In this document: piece by piece, positions 39,032-47,145 of the stretch
Numbering within the stretch: the stretch's first letter is position 1
Layout of the letters: every line of letters begins with the position of its first letter
Origin: Armatimonadota bacterium
Lineage (GTDB): Bacteria; Armatimonadota; Zipacnadia; Zipacnadales; UBA5352
Assembly: GCA_034722055.1 (NCBI GenBank)
Contig: JAYENL010000314.1
Location: forward strand, 55,938-119,937
Length of the DNA stretch: 64,000 bases
Direction: 5' to 3'
Notes under the pieces: generated by a model
Told to the model about the DNA's origin: nothing
The model's input: the letters and a program-made list of their open reading frames with translations, nothing else
The model's database searches: none
Made by a program: the position numbers and the translations under genes

Positions 39032-39649
39032 TTACTGCTTCTGCAGGGTCACATCCAGCCACAGGCTCTCACCTGCGGAGATCTGCTGGTCCTCGTATCT
39101 CACCGGCTTATGGCCTGCAGCGGTCGCCAGCACCGTGTAGGTGCCCGGCGGGTACCACTGCAGCTCATAGATCCCGGTTGCGTTCTTGGGCTGACTGGCG
39201 CCCACCGCCACCAGTGTGTCCTTCTCCTCGTCCCTCTTCAGCAGCACCAGCGTGGCCTTGGCGAGGGCCTTGCCGTCAGCGTCTTTCACGAAGCCGACGA
39301 TGCGCCCCAGCTTCTTGAAGTCCTCCGCCGTCTGCCTTCGCAGCTTGAAGGTGAGCTGGGCGGGCTGGTCCGCCTCGACGGTGATTGTCCTGGTCTGGGC
39401 GATGTGCAGCGTCTTGGCCGCCACGACGGTGACTTGGCCGGCGACCTGCCCGGTCCACGTGCCGTCGGGCTTGGTGTGGCCGGTCGCCACGACGCTCCGC
39501 TCCGCCATTACCACCACCAGCGCCTTCGCCAGCGGCGCCTCATCATCACGGTCCTTCACCGTGACCGATATTCTCCCTTCACCGGCCCACGCTGTCACGT
39601 AGGCCGCCAAGAGGCAGAGCGTGAGCAGTGCTCGCAGCTTCGTCCACAT
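39032..39649 (-). CDS. Secreted protein with two carboxypeptidase-regulatory-like (prealbumin-fold) domains
   Basis: Signal peptide; GRISVTVKD..PLAKALV and GRIVGFVKDADGKAL...PPGTYTV repeats. Confidence 0.78.
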   Translation of the reverse strand: MWTKLRALLTLCLLAAYVTAWAGEGRISVTVKDRDDEAPLAKALVVVMAERSVVATGHTKPDGTWTGQVAGQVTVVAAKTLHIAQTRTITVEADQPAQLTFKLRRQTAEDFKKLGRIVGFVKDADGKALAKATLVLLKRDEEKDTLVAVGASQPKNATGIYELQWYPPGTYTVLATAAGHKPVRYEDQQISAGESLWLDVTLQKQ

Positions 39650-39693
39650 CCTGATCGCCCCCAGACGCCTCCTTGCGCCTGCGTCGGAGTTGC

Positions 39694-40503
39694 CTATAGC
39701 ATGATCTCCTGCTCTGGATCCAACTGCAGCTCGGCGGTCTGGCCGGCGGATACCGTCTCCTGGCCCCCGTCGGCGGCGATGGTGACGTCCCCGTCGAGCA
39801 CGTGGACTCGCGCCGAGCTGCTGTCGGCGTCCAGCCGGACGATGAACACAGCATGCTCTCCGGCGACATCTCCCCACGGTGTGCTGACCGTAAACGGCTC
39901 GTCGGCCAGGCGGAGGTCGGCTCGCAGCCGCCCTGTGAACAGGTCAACCGAGGCCCGGCCGATGCGCACCACGGCCTCCTCATTGAGGCTCACCTCGGCG
40001 CCGTCGGCGAAGGCGAGAGTGGTGGGGGTGTCGCTGAGGGCCCAGGCCACGGAGCGTTCCGGCAGCAGCTCCCCCGTCCTGCCCGACTGGGCCACGCGCG
40101 CGTCCGGCTCGAAGACGTGTATGGCGTCACCACCGCTGAGCACGATGGCCGGCGCAGTGGATACCGCGGGCTCGGGCTCGGGTGCGGGCCGGAGCAGAAG
40201 CAGCAGCCCCGCTGCGATGAGGAAGGCTGCCGCGGCAGGCACCCAGGTGCGCCACAGCCGCATTCCACCCGCTGCGCGGTGCACCCGCTCGGTCGCCTTC
40301 GCGGCGAGGTCCTGCGGCGCGCGTGGCGACTGCACCGCCGAGCGCAGAGCCCGGTCGATCCGGGTGAGCGCCTCACAGGCTTTGCGGCACCGGGCACAGT
40401 GGGCGAGGTGCTCCTCCAGCAGGTGTGCGTCCTCGTCCGTCAGCTCCCCGTCAAGGCGCAGATGGATGTATCGTCTCGCGGTCTCGCAATCAAGGGTATC
40501 CAT
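39694..40503 (-). CDS. Anti-sigma factor (zf-HC2 + TM + FecR-like domain)
   Basis: LDGEL...HLAHCARC, TM, FADGAEVSL, FTVSTP, VHVLDGDV. Confidence 0.85.
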   Translation of the reverse strand: MDTLDCETARRYIHLRLDGELTDEDAHLLEEHLAHCARCRKACEALTRIDRALRSAVQSPRAPQDLAAKATERVHRAAGGMRLWRTWVPAAAAFLIAAGLLLLLRPAPEPEPAVSTAPAIVLSGGDAIHVFEPDARVAQSGRTGELLPERSVAWALSDTPTTLAFADGAEVSLNEEAVVRIGRASVDLFTGRLRADLRLADEPFTVSTPWGDVAGEHAVFIVRLDADSSSARVHVLDGDVTIAADGGQETVSAGQTAELQLDPEQEIML

Positions 40504-41086
40504 CGTTCGTCTCCGCCATGAGCATCTCGCGCAGCTTCTCCCGGCCCCTGTGGAGCCTCACTCGCGCCGCCCCCGGGCTGATCTCCAGCGCCCCCGCCAC
40601 CTCCGCGACCGAGGCGTCCCTGAGGTAGAACAATGCCAGCGGCAGCCGATAGGTGTCGCTGAGAGTGGCCAGAGCCTGCACGGCGCGGTCTGCCAGTGCG
40701 GACGGCTCAGGGTTCTCCGGCGCGGCCGGCTCCATCGGCCGGGCCTCCAGTGGCGTCTGCTTCTCATTCCGGCGTCCCCGTCGCCGGAGAGACTGCAGAC
40801 ACACCTTCGCAGCGATGCCTCGCAGCCACGGCCCGAAGGTCCGATCGGCGTCATAGCGTCCCAGACTCTGGTAGGCCCGCACAAACGTCTCCTGGGCCGC
40901 GTCCTCGGCATCGGAGCGGTCGGTCAGCAGCGCCCAGCAGAGTCGGTACACAGAGCCATGATGGCGCTGCACGAGCTCATCGAACGCACTCCCCCGGCCC
41001 GCCCGTGCGAGCCTGGTCAACTCCCCATCCGGTACCTGCTGTCCGCTGAGCGGGGCCCCCGGCTGCCGAGCCTCCGCGTCACCCAT
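40490..41086 (-). CDS. ECF RNA polymerase sigma factor
   Basis: AFDELV, DAEDAAQETFVRAY, WLRGIA, EVAGAL...RVRLHRGREKL. Confidence 0.93.
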   Translation of the reverse strand: MGDAEARQPGAPLSGQQVPDGELTRLARAGRGSAFDELVQRHHGSVYRLCWALLTDRSDAEDAAQETFVRAYQSLGRYDADRTFGPWLRGIAAKVCLQSLRRRGRRNEKQTPLEARPMEPAAPENPEPSALADRAVQALATLSDTYRLPLALFYLRDASVAEVAGALEISPGAARVRLHRGREKLREMLMAETNDGYP

Positions 41087-41150
41087 GCGCCACCCTCCAG
41101 GTCGTATTCGCCCCGCCGCACTGAGACGTTACAAGTCGCTTGCCATCCGG

Positions 41151-41570
41151 CTATACGTCGAACACCACCTCGGCCTGCAGCACGTCGTCGGCCTCGTCGA
41201 TCTCCAGGCCATGATAGGTCACGGCCTTGATGTCCTCCTGGAGCACCTCCCGGGCCCGCTCCAGTGCGACCGCCCCCACCATCAGCGTTGCACGTCCCTC
41301 CTCGACCGCCGCCACCTCCGCCCGCATGGGGACCAGCCCCTCCAGCTCGATGAGCAGCAGCACCTCCCGCAGGCAGTCCACCAGCAGGTCCTCGGGCGTC
41401 TCCCCCTGGCCCTCGACCTGCACGGTCCGCTCCGCGTCCACGCGCCGGGCCACGATGAACTCGATCATGCCCTCCGCGGCCTGCTCGATCAGCCCGGCCA
41501 GGTCCGGGGCCCAGGCCCGGATCGCCAGGTCGGCGGTGTGCTCGATGCTCTCGTGGCCGGCCCCTTCCAT
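41151..41570 (-). CDS. Archease
   Basis: IEHTADL, EDLLVDCLREVL, IKAVTYHGL, VVFDV C-terminus. Confidence 0.92.
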   Translation of the reverse strand: MEGAGHESIEHTADLAIRAWAPDLAGLIEQAAEGMIEFIVARRVDAERTVQVEGQGETPEDLLVDCLREVLLLIELEGLVPMRAEVAAVEEGRATLMVGAVALERAREVLQEDIKAVTYHGLEIDEADDVLQAEVVFDV

Positions 41571-41666
41571 CGACCTCCCGGCTCTCCTCCCCGGCGCGCC
41601 CCGATTACAGCATACCACTGTGGGCATTCGCCTGCCAGGCCTCGAGACCTGCCCCTCCGGGGCGCA

Positions 41667-41695
41667 TTGACTTTATGCCGGTCGTACACTATTGT
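41667..41695 (+). promoter_or_regulatory. Putative sigma70 promoter for the capA-like operon
   Basis: TTGACT-N17-TATTGT in an AT-richer divergent gap. Confidence 0.45.
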
Positions 41696-41718
41696 CTCAC
41701 GTAGCGCCCTGAGACGCA

Positions 41719-42933
41719 ATGGCAGCATCCATGTCGCCAGGAAGCAGGTCACCGGCCTTGACCGCACTTCGCCCCCGCGCCCCGCTGCTCATCCTGGCTG
41801 CACTATGTGTTCTGCCGTCGGGCTGTCGGAGAGCGGGCGAGGTGACTGGGGGAACAGCCGCGGTCGCTGACGTGGAGCAGACACTCCCGGCGGAGGCTCA
41901 GGAGCCTCCGCAGCCTCGCAGCTTCACGATCGCGGCGGTTGGTGACGTGATGCTGGACCGGAGCGTCTGGAAGCGTGTGCAGGCCAACGGTCCCAAGAGC
42001 ATATTCGAGCCGGTGCGCGAGGACCTGCAGGCCGCGGACATCTGCTTCGCCAACCTGGAGTGCCCGCTCTCGACGGTCGGCCCGCACTCGCCGCGCGAGC
42101 ACCTCCTGTTCCGGGCCGATCCCGCAGCGGTGGAGGTGCTGGTGGATGGGGGCGTGGACGTGGTGGCGCTGGCGAACAACCACACCCTCAACGCCGGCGA
42201 GGCGGGGCTGAAGCAGACCATCGAGCACCTGGAGGGTGCCGGCGTGGCCTACTGTGGGGCGGCCCAGGAGCCTGACAGGGCCTGGGAGCCGTGCATCTTC
42301 GACGTGGAGGGGCTGCTGCTGGGCTTCATTGCCTGCACCGACCTGAGCTTCGAGCATGGAAGCTGGTGCAAGGTTGACGATGAGCTGACGGAGCTGGCGG
42401 AGCACGTCCGGGCGGCCGCCGAGCAGTGCGATCTGCTGGTCGTGTCCGCGCACTGGGGCAACGAGTACCAGAGGGTCCCCACCCAGCGGCAGCGGGACGT
42501 GGCCCGGGCGGCGGCGGAGGCCGGCGCGGACCTGATCATCGGCCATCACCCGCACGTGCTGCAGGGCGTGGGCCGACACGGAGACACGCCCATCCTCTAC
42601 AGTTGCGGGAACCTCGTCTTCGATCAGCGCGAGGGCGAGCGCATGGAGAGCGCCATCTTCCACCTGCGCTTCACCGAGGGCGAGGGCTGGCACATCAGGA
42701 TGGTGCCGGTGTGGATCCCCCGCTCGCGATGCGGCCCCATCTACCCGGAGAGCGCCCGGGCCGCGACGATCATCAACCGCCTCGCCACGCTTTCGGGGAA
42801 CCTGGGCGTGCCGGTGATGCTCAGAGACAACGAGGGCGAGGCAACAGTACCGCTCCGGGAGGCCGAAGGTGCCGCCCGGAGCCGCAAAGAGTCGAAGACG
42901 GATCAGCGCACCGCCACGTCGGCGGCAGGCTGA
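41719..42933 (+). CDS. CapA family (PGA_cap) metallophosphatase-fold lipoprotein
   Basis: AVGDVML, ANLECP, LANNH, SAHWGNEY, GHHPHVLQ, YSCGN; lipobox-like PSGC. Confidence 0.9.
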   Translation: MAASMSPGSRSPALTALRPRAPLLILAALCVLPSGCRRAGEVTGGTAAVADVEQTLPAEAQEPPQPRSFTIAAVGDVMLDRSVWKRVQANGPKSIFEPVREDLQAADICFANLECPLSTVGPHSPREHLLFRADPAAVEVLVDGGVDVVALANNHTLNAGEAGLKQTIEHLEGAGVAYCGAAQEPDRAWEPCIFDVEGLLLGFIACTDLSFEHGSWCKVDDELTELAEHVRAAAEQCDLLVVSAHWGNEYQRVPTQRQRDVARAAAEAGADLIIGHHPHVLQGVGRHGDTPILYSCGNLVFDQREGERMESAIFHLRFTEGEGWHIRMVPVWIPRSRCGPIYPESARAATIINRLATLSGNLGVPVMLRDNEGEATVPLREAEGAARSRKESKTDQRTATSAAG

Positions 42934-42973
42934 CCGCCAGCGCCGGCCTGCACGCCGGCACAGGAGAGATACC

Positions 42974-43876
42974 ATGCAGCGCATTCGCCGCACCTTGGCC
43001 GTAACGGTCGCACTCATGTCCATCCTGCTGGGCTCCGAGCTGGCCTCCGGTCAGGAGGGCACAGTCATGGCCACCGTCAACGGACAGCCCGTCACGGCCG
43101 GCCAGCTTCAGGGCGAGCTGCTGCGCCGGTGGGGCGACATCTGCCTGGGTGGGCTGATTCAGGAGCTGGCCGTGAAGCAGGCCGCTGATGAGGTCGGCAT
43201 TACGGTAACCGATGAGGAGGTGGAGGAGCGCTACGAGAACTTTCAGCGCAACCTCGACCTGCAGGCCCCCACCACCGGCCGGAGCTTCTCACTGTGGCTG
43301 GCTGAGAAGAAGATGACGCCGTATGCCTTCCGGGAGTGGATCCGCAACGAGCTGAGGCTGGAGAAGATGGTGGAGGATGAGGTGACGGTCAGCGATGAGG
43401 AGGTCCAGCAGGTGTGGGAGGCCTCCCGCGAGCAGCTCCGCCAGCCGGAGCGGATGCGCATCAGCCACATCTGCGTGAAGACCCGGGAGGAGGCCGAGCA
43501 GATCCGGGCCGAGATCATTGACGGCAAGCCCTTCGAGGAGGCCGCTGAGGAGTACTCCATCGATCCCTATACCAAGGACCAGGGCGGCAAGTTCGGCACC
43601 ATCACCCGGGGCGACAACCCCTTCCAGAAGGCCGCCTTCGAGCTCGGGAGCGACAACGAGCTGTCCGAGCCGGTGCAGACGCAGATGGGCTGGCACATCA
43701 TCCGCCGCGACGAGCACCTGCCCGCCCAGACGCCCGAGTTCGAGGAGGTCAAGGACGATATCCGCGAGCGCCTGGAGCGCCACAAGCTGCTCACGCTCAT
43801 GAACCGGAAGCGCTCCGAGATCATGAACAACGCCCGCATCCAGCACGAGATGGAGCCCGAGGAGCTGGCTGACTGA
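42974..43876 (+). CDS. Parvulin-type peptidyl-prolyl isomerase (PrsA/SurA-like foldase)
   Basis: Signal peptide, ATVNG, ISHICV, FEEAAEEYSID..GG, SEPVQTQMGWHII. Confidence 0.9.
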   Translation: MQRIRRTLAVTVALMSILLGSELASGQEGTVMATVNGQPVTAGQLQGELLRRWGDICLGGLIQELAVKQAADEVGITVTDEEVEERYENFQRNLDLQAPTTGRSFSLWLAEKKMTPYAFREWIRNELRLEKMVEDEVTVSDEEVQQVWEASREQLRQPERMRISHICVKTREEAEQIRAEIIDGKPFEEAAEEYSIDPYTKDQGGKFGTITRGDNPFQKAAFELGSDNELSEPVQTQMGWHIIRRDEHLPAQTPEFEEVKDDIRERLERHKLLTLMNRKRSEIMNNARIQHEMEPEELAD

Positions 43877-43895
43877 GCCGTTGAGGGGAGCCACC

Positions 43896-44375
43896 ATGCA
43901 GCCGGAGATGCGACCGGCCACGCTCGACGACATGCCGCGCCTGCAGGAGATCGTGCGGGAGGTCTGGGCCATCGGCTCGGATTTCGCCCTGGAGGAGAAG
44001 TACGGCAGCGTGGGCGGTGAGCGCTGGGATCGCTGGCTGGTGCCCAAGGTCATGTCCCGGCTGTGGGAGGAGATCGGCTCCATCCTGGTGACCGAGATCG
44101 AGGGAGAGATCGCGGGCTTCATCAGCTACGCGCTCGACCGGGCGCGCCAGGTGGGCACGATCCACTACAATGCCGTGGATCCCCACTTCCAGGGACAGGG
44201 TATCGGGACCATGCAGGTGCAGCGTGTGCTGGAGCTATTCCGGGACGAGGGCATGCGAATCGCGTGCGTGGGCACGGGCCTGAACGAGGGCCACGCCCCC
44301 GCCCGGCGGATGTACGAGAAGGCGGGCTTCGAGCCCGTCATCGACTACCGCATGTACTCCCGGCGGCTGGACTGA
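43896..44375 (+). CDS. GNAT family acetyltransferase
   Basis: AVDPHFQGQGIG, PARRMYEKAGF. Confidence 0.9.
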   Translation: MQPEMRPATLDDMPRLQEIVREVWAIGSDFALEEKYGSVGGERWDRWLVPKVMSRLWEEIGSILVTEIEGEIAGFISYALDRARQVGTIHYNAVDPHFQGQGIGTMQVQRVLELFRDEGMRIACVGTGLNEGHAPARRMYEKAGFEPVIDYRMYSRRLD

Positions 44376-44401
44376 GCCGGGGCTTCTGACACCCACGGAT
44401 C

Positions 44402-44620
44402 GTGGTGGGCCGACCTCCTCCGGGTGCTTCGCACCCGTCGTCGTGCGGCCCCTCCCGACGACAACGACTTCTATCGCGTAGGTCGGGCTTCCAGCCCGAC
44501 GCCGTTGCTTCCAGCCTGCCGCTGTTGCGAGGCGTGCGTGTTCCGTTACGTGCGTCGTCGGTGTCAGGGTTCGGGTGTAACGGCGACAACGACCGGGCGG
44601 GAACGGAGGCCCGCCCCTCC
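44402..44620. repeat. Cluster of REP-like palindromes (GTAG- and GGAG-headed)
   Basis: GTAG-GTCGGGC-ttcca-GCCCGAC at 44478-44500; minus-strand GGAG-GGGCGGG-N8-CCCGCCC at 44595-44620; minus-strand GGAG-GGGCCG...CGGCCC with an inner hairpin at 44407-44455. Confidence 0.7.
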
Positions 44621-44706
44621 AAACGGAACGGCCAACGGCCGGGGCGGCGAGGTGCCGCTGCGGACGGCAACCGCTTGCGACAAACCACCAGGGGGTGGTC
44701 TCGGGG

Positions 44707-46050
44707 TCATCGGATGAGGGCCGCGGCGCGAGGGTAGCGCTCCCGCAGCACCGAGAGCATCTGCTCGGCATGGCGGCGGAGCATGCGGCTGATCTCGCTG
44801 ATGTCCATGCCCGCGGCCCTCAGGGCCAGGATGGCCGGCTGGGCCGCGATGATCTCGGCATCTGACTGCTCGGTGATGCCCTGGGCGTGGCGGAGCAGAT
44901 CCACCAGATTCCCGTAGGCGTCAGTCCCCATGTACTGCTCCGGCTGCCCCAGCAGATCGATCATGTAGGCCTCCTCGGGCAGCTCCGCGTAAGCCATCCC
45001 TATGCGCCTGAGCAGACACGGAATGCAGCCCCCGCACTGCCGGTTGGTACGCCCCACGGCCCAGCAGGAGACGGTGCTCTGAATGTCCTGCGGCGACAGG
45101 TGCGGCCTGAGCACATCGCGTATCAGGTCGGCCTTCGTCTGGTAGATGAAGGGGTTGGCGACCTGTGCGGTGACGCCCGCTCGTTCGGCGAGCGTGTTGA
45201 ACAGCTTCAGGGCCGCCGGGTGTGTGGAGTGTGTGGACATGCTGCCCGCGCGCGAGGGGGCCAGGGGCAGGCCGGCCGTCAGCAGGCCGTTCTCGCACAT
45301 GTAGGCCTCGTCCACGCCCGCGCCGTGGGCCGTGACGGCCGCCGCAGCCATGAACAGAAGCGACCTGGCACGGCGCGACGGCTCCCGCTCCTCCGCCGGC
45401 GGGAAGGGGAGGGCGTCGGCGCCTCGCGGGTCCGGCGCCACGGTATACGGACACGCCACGCTCTGTCCGGGCCAATGGGCCTCCACGGCCTCCAGGGAGC
45501 GCTCCTGGGCGACGAGCACCGCGGGATTCCCGGACCGGTGCAGGCTGTAGATGGGGCGCCGGCCGCTTTGCTGAAGTGTCACGGCGCCGGCGAGGGAGTC
45601 GATGCCGCCCGAGAGCATGCAGACGCAGTCGGGCTGCAGGTCCTCATCCGACTCTGGGCCCGTCGATGGCTCAGCCAGCTCCGGCGCGGGGTAGAAGTCG
45701 AGTCTGAAGCTGTCGCGGGTCAGCGCGAAGATGAGGCGGCTGAGGTCCTCGACGCACGAGGCCCACAGCGTCGGCAGGCGCACCGGGATGCTCAGGGATA
45801 TGTCGCGGGGCCACTGCTCCCGGTCGCCGCGTCGGACGGCGATGTCCGCCGCGTAGACAGCGACCGCCAGCTCGAGGAGGTCGCGCGCGGCCTCAGGGAG
45901 CTGATCCCAGGATGGAAGGTGGCCCAGATCAACGGCCACGTTGGCGCGCGCCGTCCGCCAGTCGAGGAGCACCTCCGCGTCCTCAACCGCCGGGCAGCGC
46001 TGCACCGCCCGTTCGGGCTGCTCGGCCACCACTGCGACCCGGGCCGGCAT
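44707..46050 (-). CDS. qatC: QueC-like protein of the Qat type (QatC)
   Basis: Extra N-terminal domain (DLLELAVAVYAAD...WPRDI), PP-loop LSGGIDS, RARSLLF, CENG, STHSTHP, NPFIYQTKA, Zn site TVSCW...CGGCIPCLLRR. Confidence 0.85.
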   Translation of the reverse strand: MPARVAVVAEQPERAVQRCPAVEDAEVLLDWRTARANVAVDLGHLPSWDQLPEAARDLLELAVAVYAADIAVRRGDREQWPRDISLSIPVRLPTLWASCVEDLSRLIFALTRDSFRLDFYPAPELAEPSTGPESDEDLQPDCVCMLSGGIDSLAGAVTLQQSGRRPIYSLHRSGNPAVLVAQERSLEAVEAHWPGQSVACPYTVAPDPRGADALPFPPAEEREPSRRARSLLFMAAAAVTAHGAGVDEAYMCENGLLTAGLPLAPSRAGSMSTHSTHPAALKLFNTLAERAGVTAQVANPFIYQTKADLIRDVLRPHLSPQDIQSTVSCWAVGRTNRQCGGCIPCLLRRIGMAYAELPEEAYMIDLLGQPEQYMGTDAYGNLVDLLRHAQGITEQSDAEIIAAQPAILALRAAGMDISEISRMLRRHAEQMLSVLRERYPRAAALIR

Positions 46051-46051
46051 G

Positions 46052-46828
46052 TCACGTCCCCCCCGACCCCAGGACGTCGAGGCCCTGCGCGGTGGCATCC
46101 GCCACCACAGGCCGGAGCATCTCGGCCCGTTCGTCCGGCGCAGTACCCAGCGTCTGCGACAGCAGTCCCTCGTGCTCGGAGAGCTCCAGTTGCCGCCACG
46201 TGTCCCGGCAGTGCGCGGCCACGGCATCCTCCAGCCGGCTGGCGTGGCTGACGGTGGGCAGCCCCTCGCCGCCGACGAAGTCGCTGACGTCGCGCGAGAC
46301 GAAGTACCGGAAGGTGCGGTCCAGGTCGTGGCCGACGAAGAGCGCCGCGACGTCGTGCAGCTCACCCTCGCGATCGAAGCGTGCGAAGTTGGCCTCCGCC
46401 GCGGCCAGCGGCAGCTCCATGACGCCCGCCCCGGTGGTGGTGAGCGTGGCGATGGCCAGGGCGCTTGTGCCCACCGCCTCCAATGCCAGGTCGCCGAAGC
46501 GCGAGGCCAGCCCCTGCCGGGCGATCAGCTCCTCGGCGCGAGTGCGCAGACCGGCGGCCATCTGGACGGCGGCCGGCTCGGCCCCGACCCCGAGTCTCCT
46601 CAGCGTCGCCTCCAGCCCATAGGCGGCCACTGACTGCGAGCCCTCCACCACCCTCCCCAGGCAGGTGACCACCGCGGAGTCGCACATGCCCGAGCGCGTC
46701 TGGGGCTCGAGGGCCTGCACGATCCTGCGCGCCACCTCAGGCGGGGACGGGTCAGGCTGCGCGTAGAGCTCGCGCACCCGCCGCCAGGCCTCGGTGTCGG
46801 GCGATCTATGCCAGGTGGAGGTCCCCAT
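46052..46828 (-). CDS. qatB: QatB-like partner protein
   Basis: N-terminus MGTSTWHRSP matches the MGTS hallmark of QatB; helical body; ends 1 nt before the qatC start. Confidence 0.65.
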   Translation of the reverse strand: MGTSTWHRSPDTEAWRRVRELYAQPDPSPPEVARRIVQALEPQTRSGMCDSAVVTCLGRVVEGSQSVAAYGLEATLRRLGVGAEPAAVQMAAGLRTRAEELIARQGLASRFGDLALEAVGTSALAIATLTTTGAGVMELPLAAAEANFARFDREGELHDVAALFVGHDLDRTFRYFVSRDVSDFVGGEGLPTVSHASRLEDAVAAHCRDTWRQLELSEHEGLLSQTLGTAPDERAEMLRPVVADATAQGLDVLGSGGT

Positions 46829-47077
46829 ATGTTTCCGCTCTGGATGCGGCCTCGGGCGCACCGCCGGCGCCCCGTCGGTTCAGACAGTCAGCCCCTCGCG
46901 AGGTTGCGGGCAACAGCCGACGCCGGAGGTGCTGCAGGGCGGTCCGCGCCCCACAACATGGCATGGCACACCACAGCTCCGCGCCCCCCATGACGCTCCA
47001 CGTGATGTTCGCCACCGCCGGCCCATATTCCTCGCCCGGGCCGCCAACTCAGCCTGCCGACGCCCACTGGGGCGCGG

Positions 47078-47106
47078 TTGACTTGCGTGCAGTGCGGTGG
47101 TATCAT
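47078..47106 (+). promoter_or_regulatory. sigma70 promoter of the tyrosine kinase gene
   Basis: TTGACT-N17-TATCAT with an extended -10 TG. Confidence 0.65.
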
Positions 47107-47145
47107 CGCACAGCCGAGGGCGGGCACCAGCTCGTCCACACGTGA

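Noticed and set aside
44707..46050. Housekeeping queC for queuosine synthesis
   Set aside because: About twice the length of canonical QueC, has the Qat-type N-terminal domain and an MGTS partner, and has no queD/queE/queF neighbours
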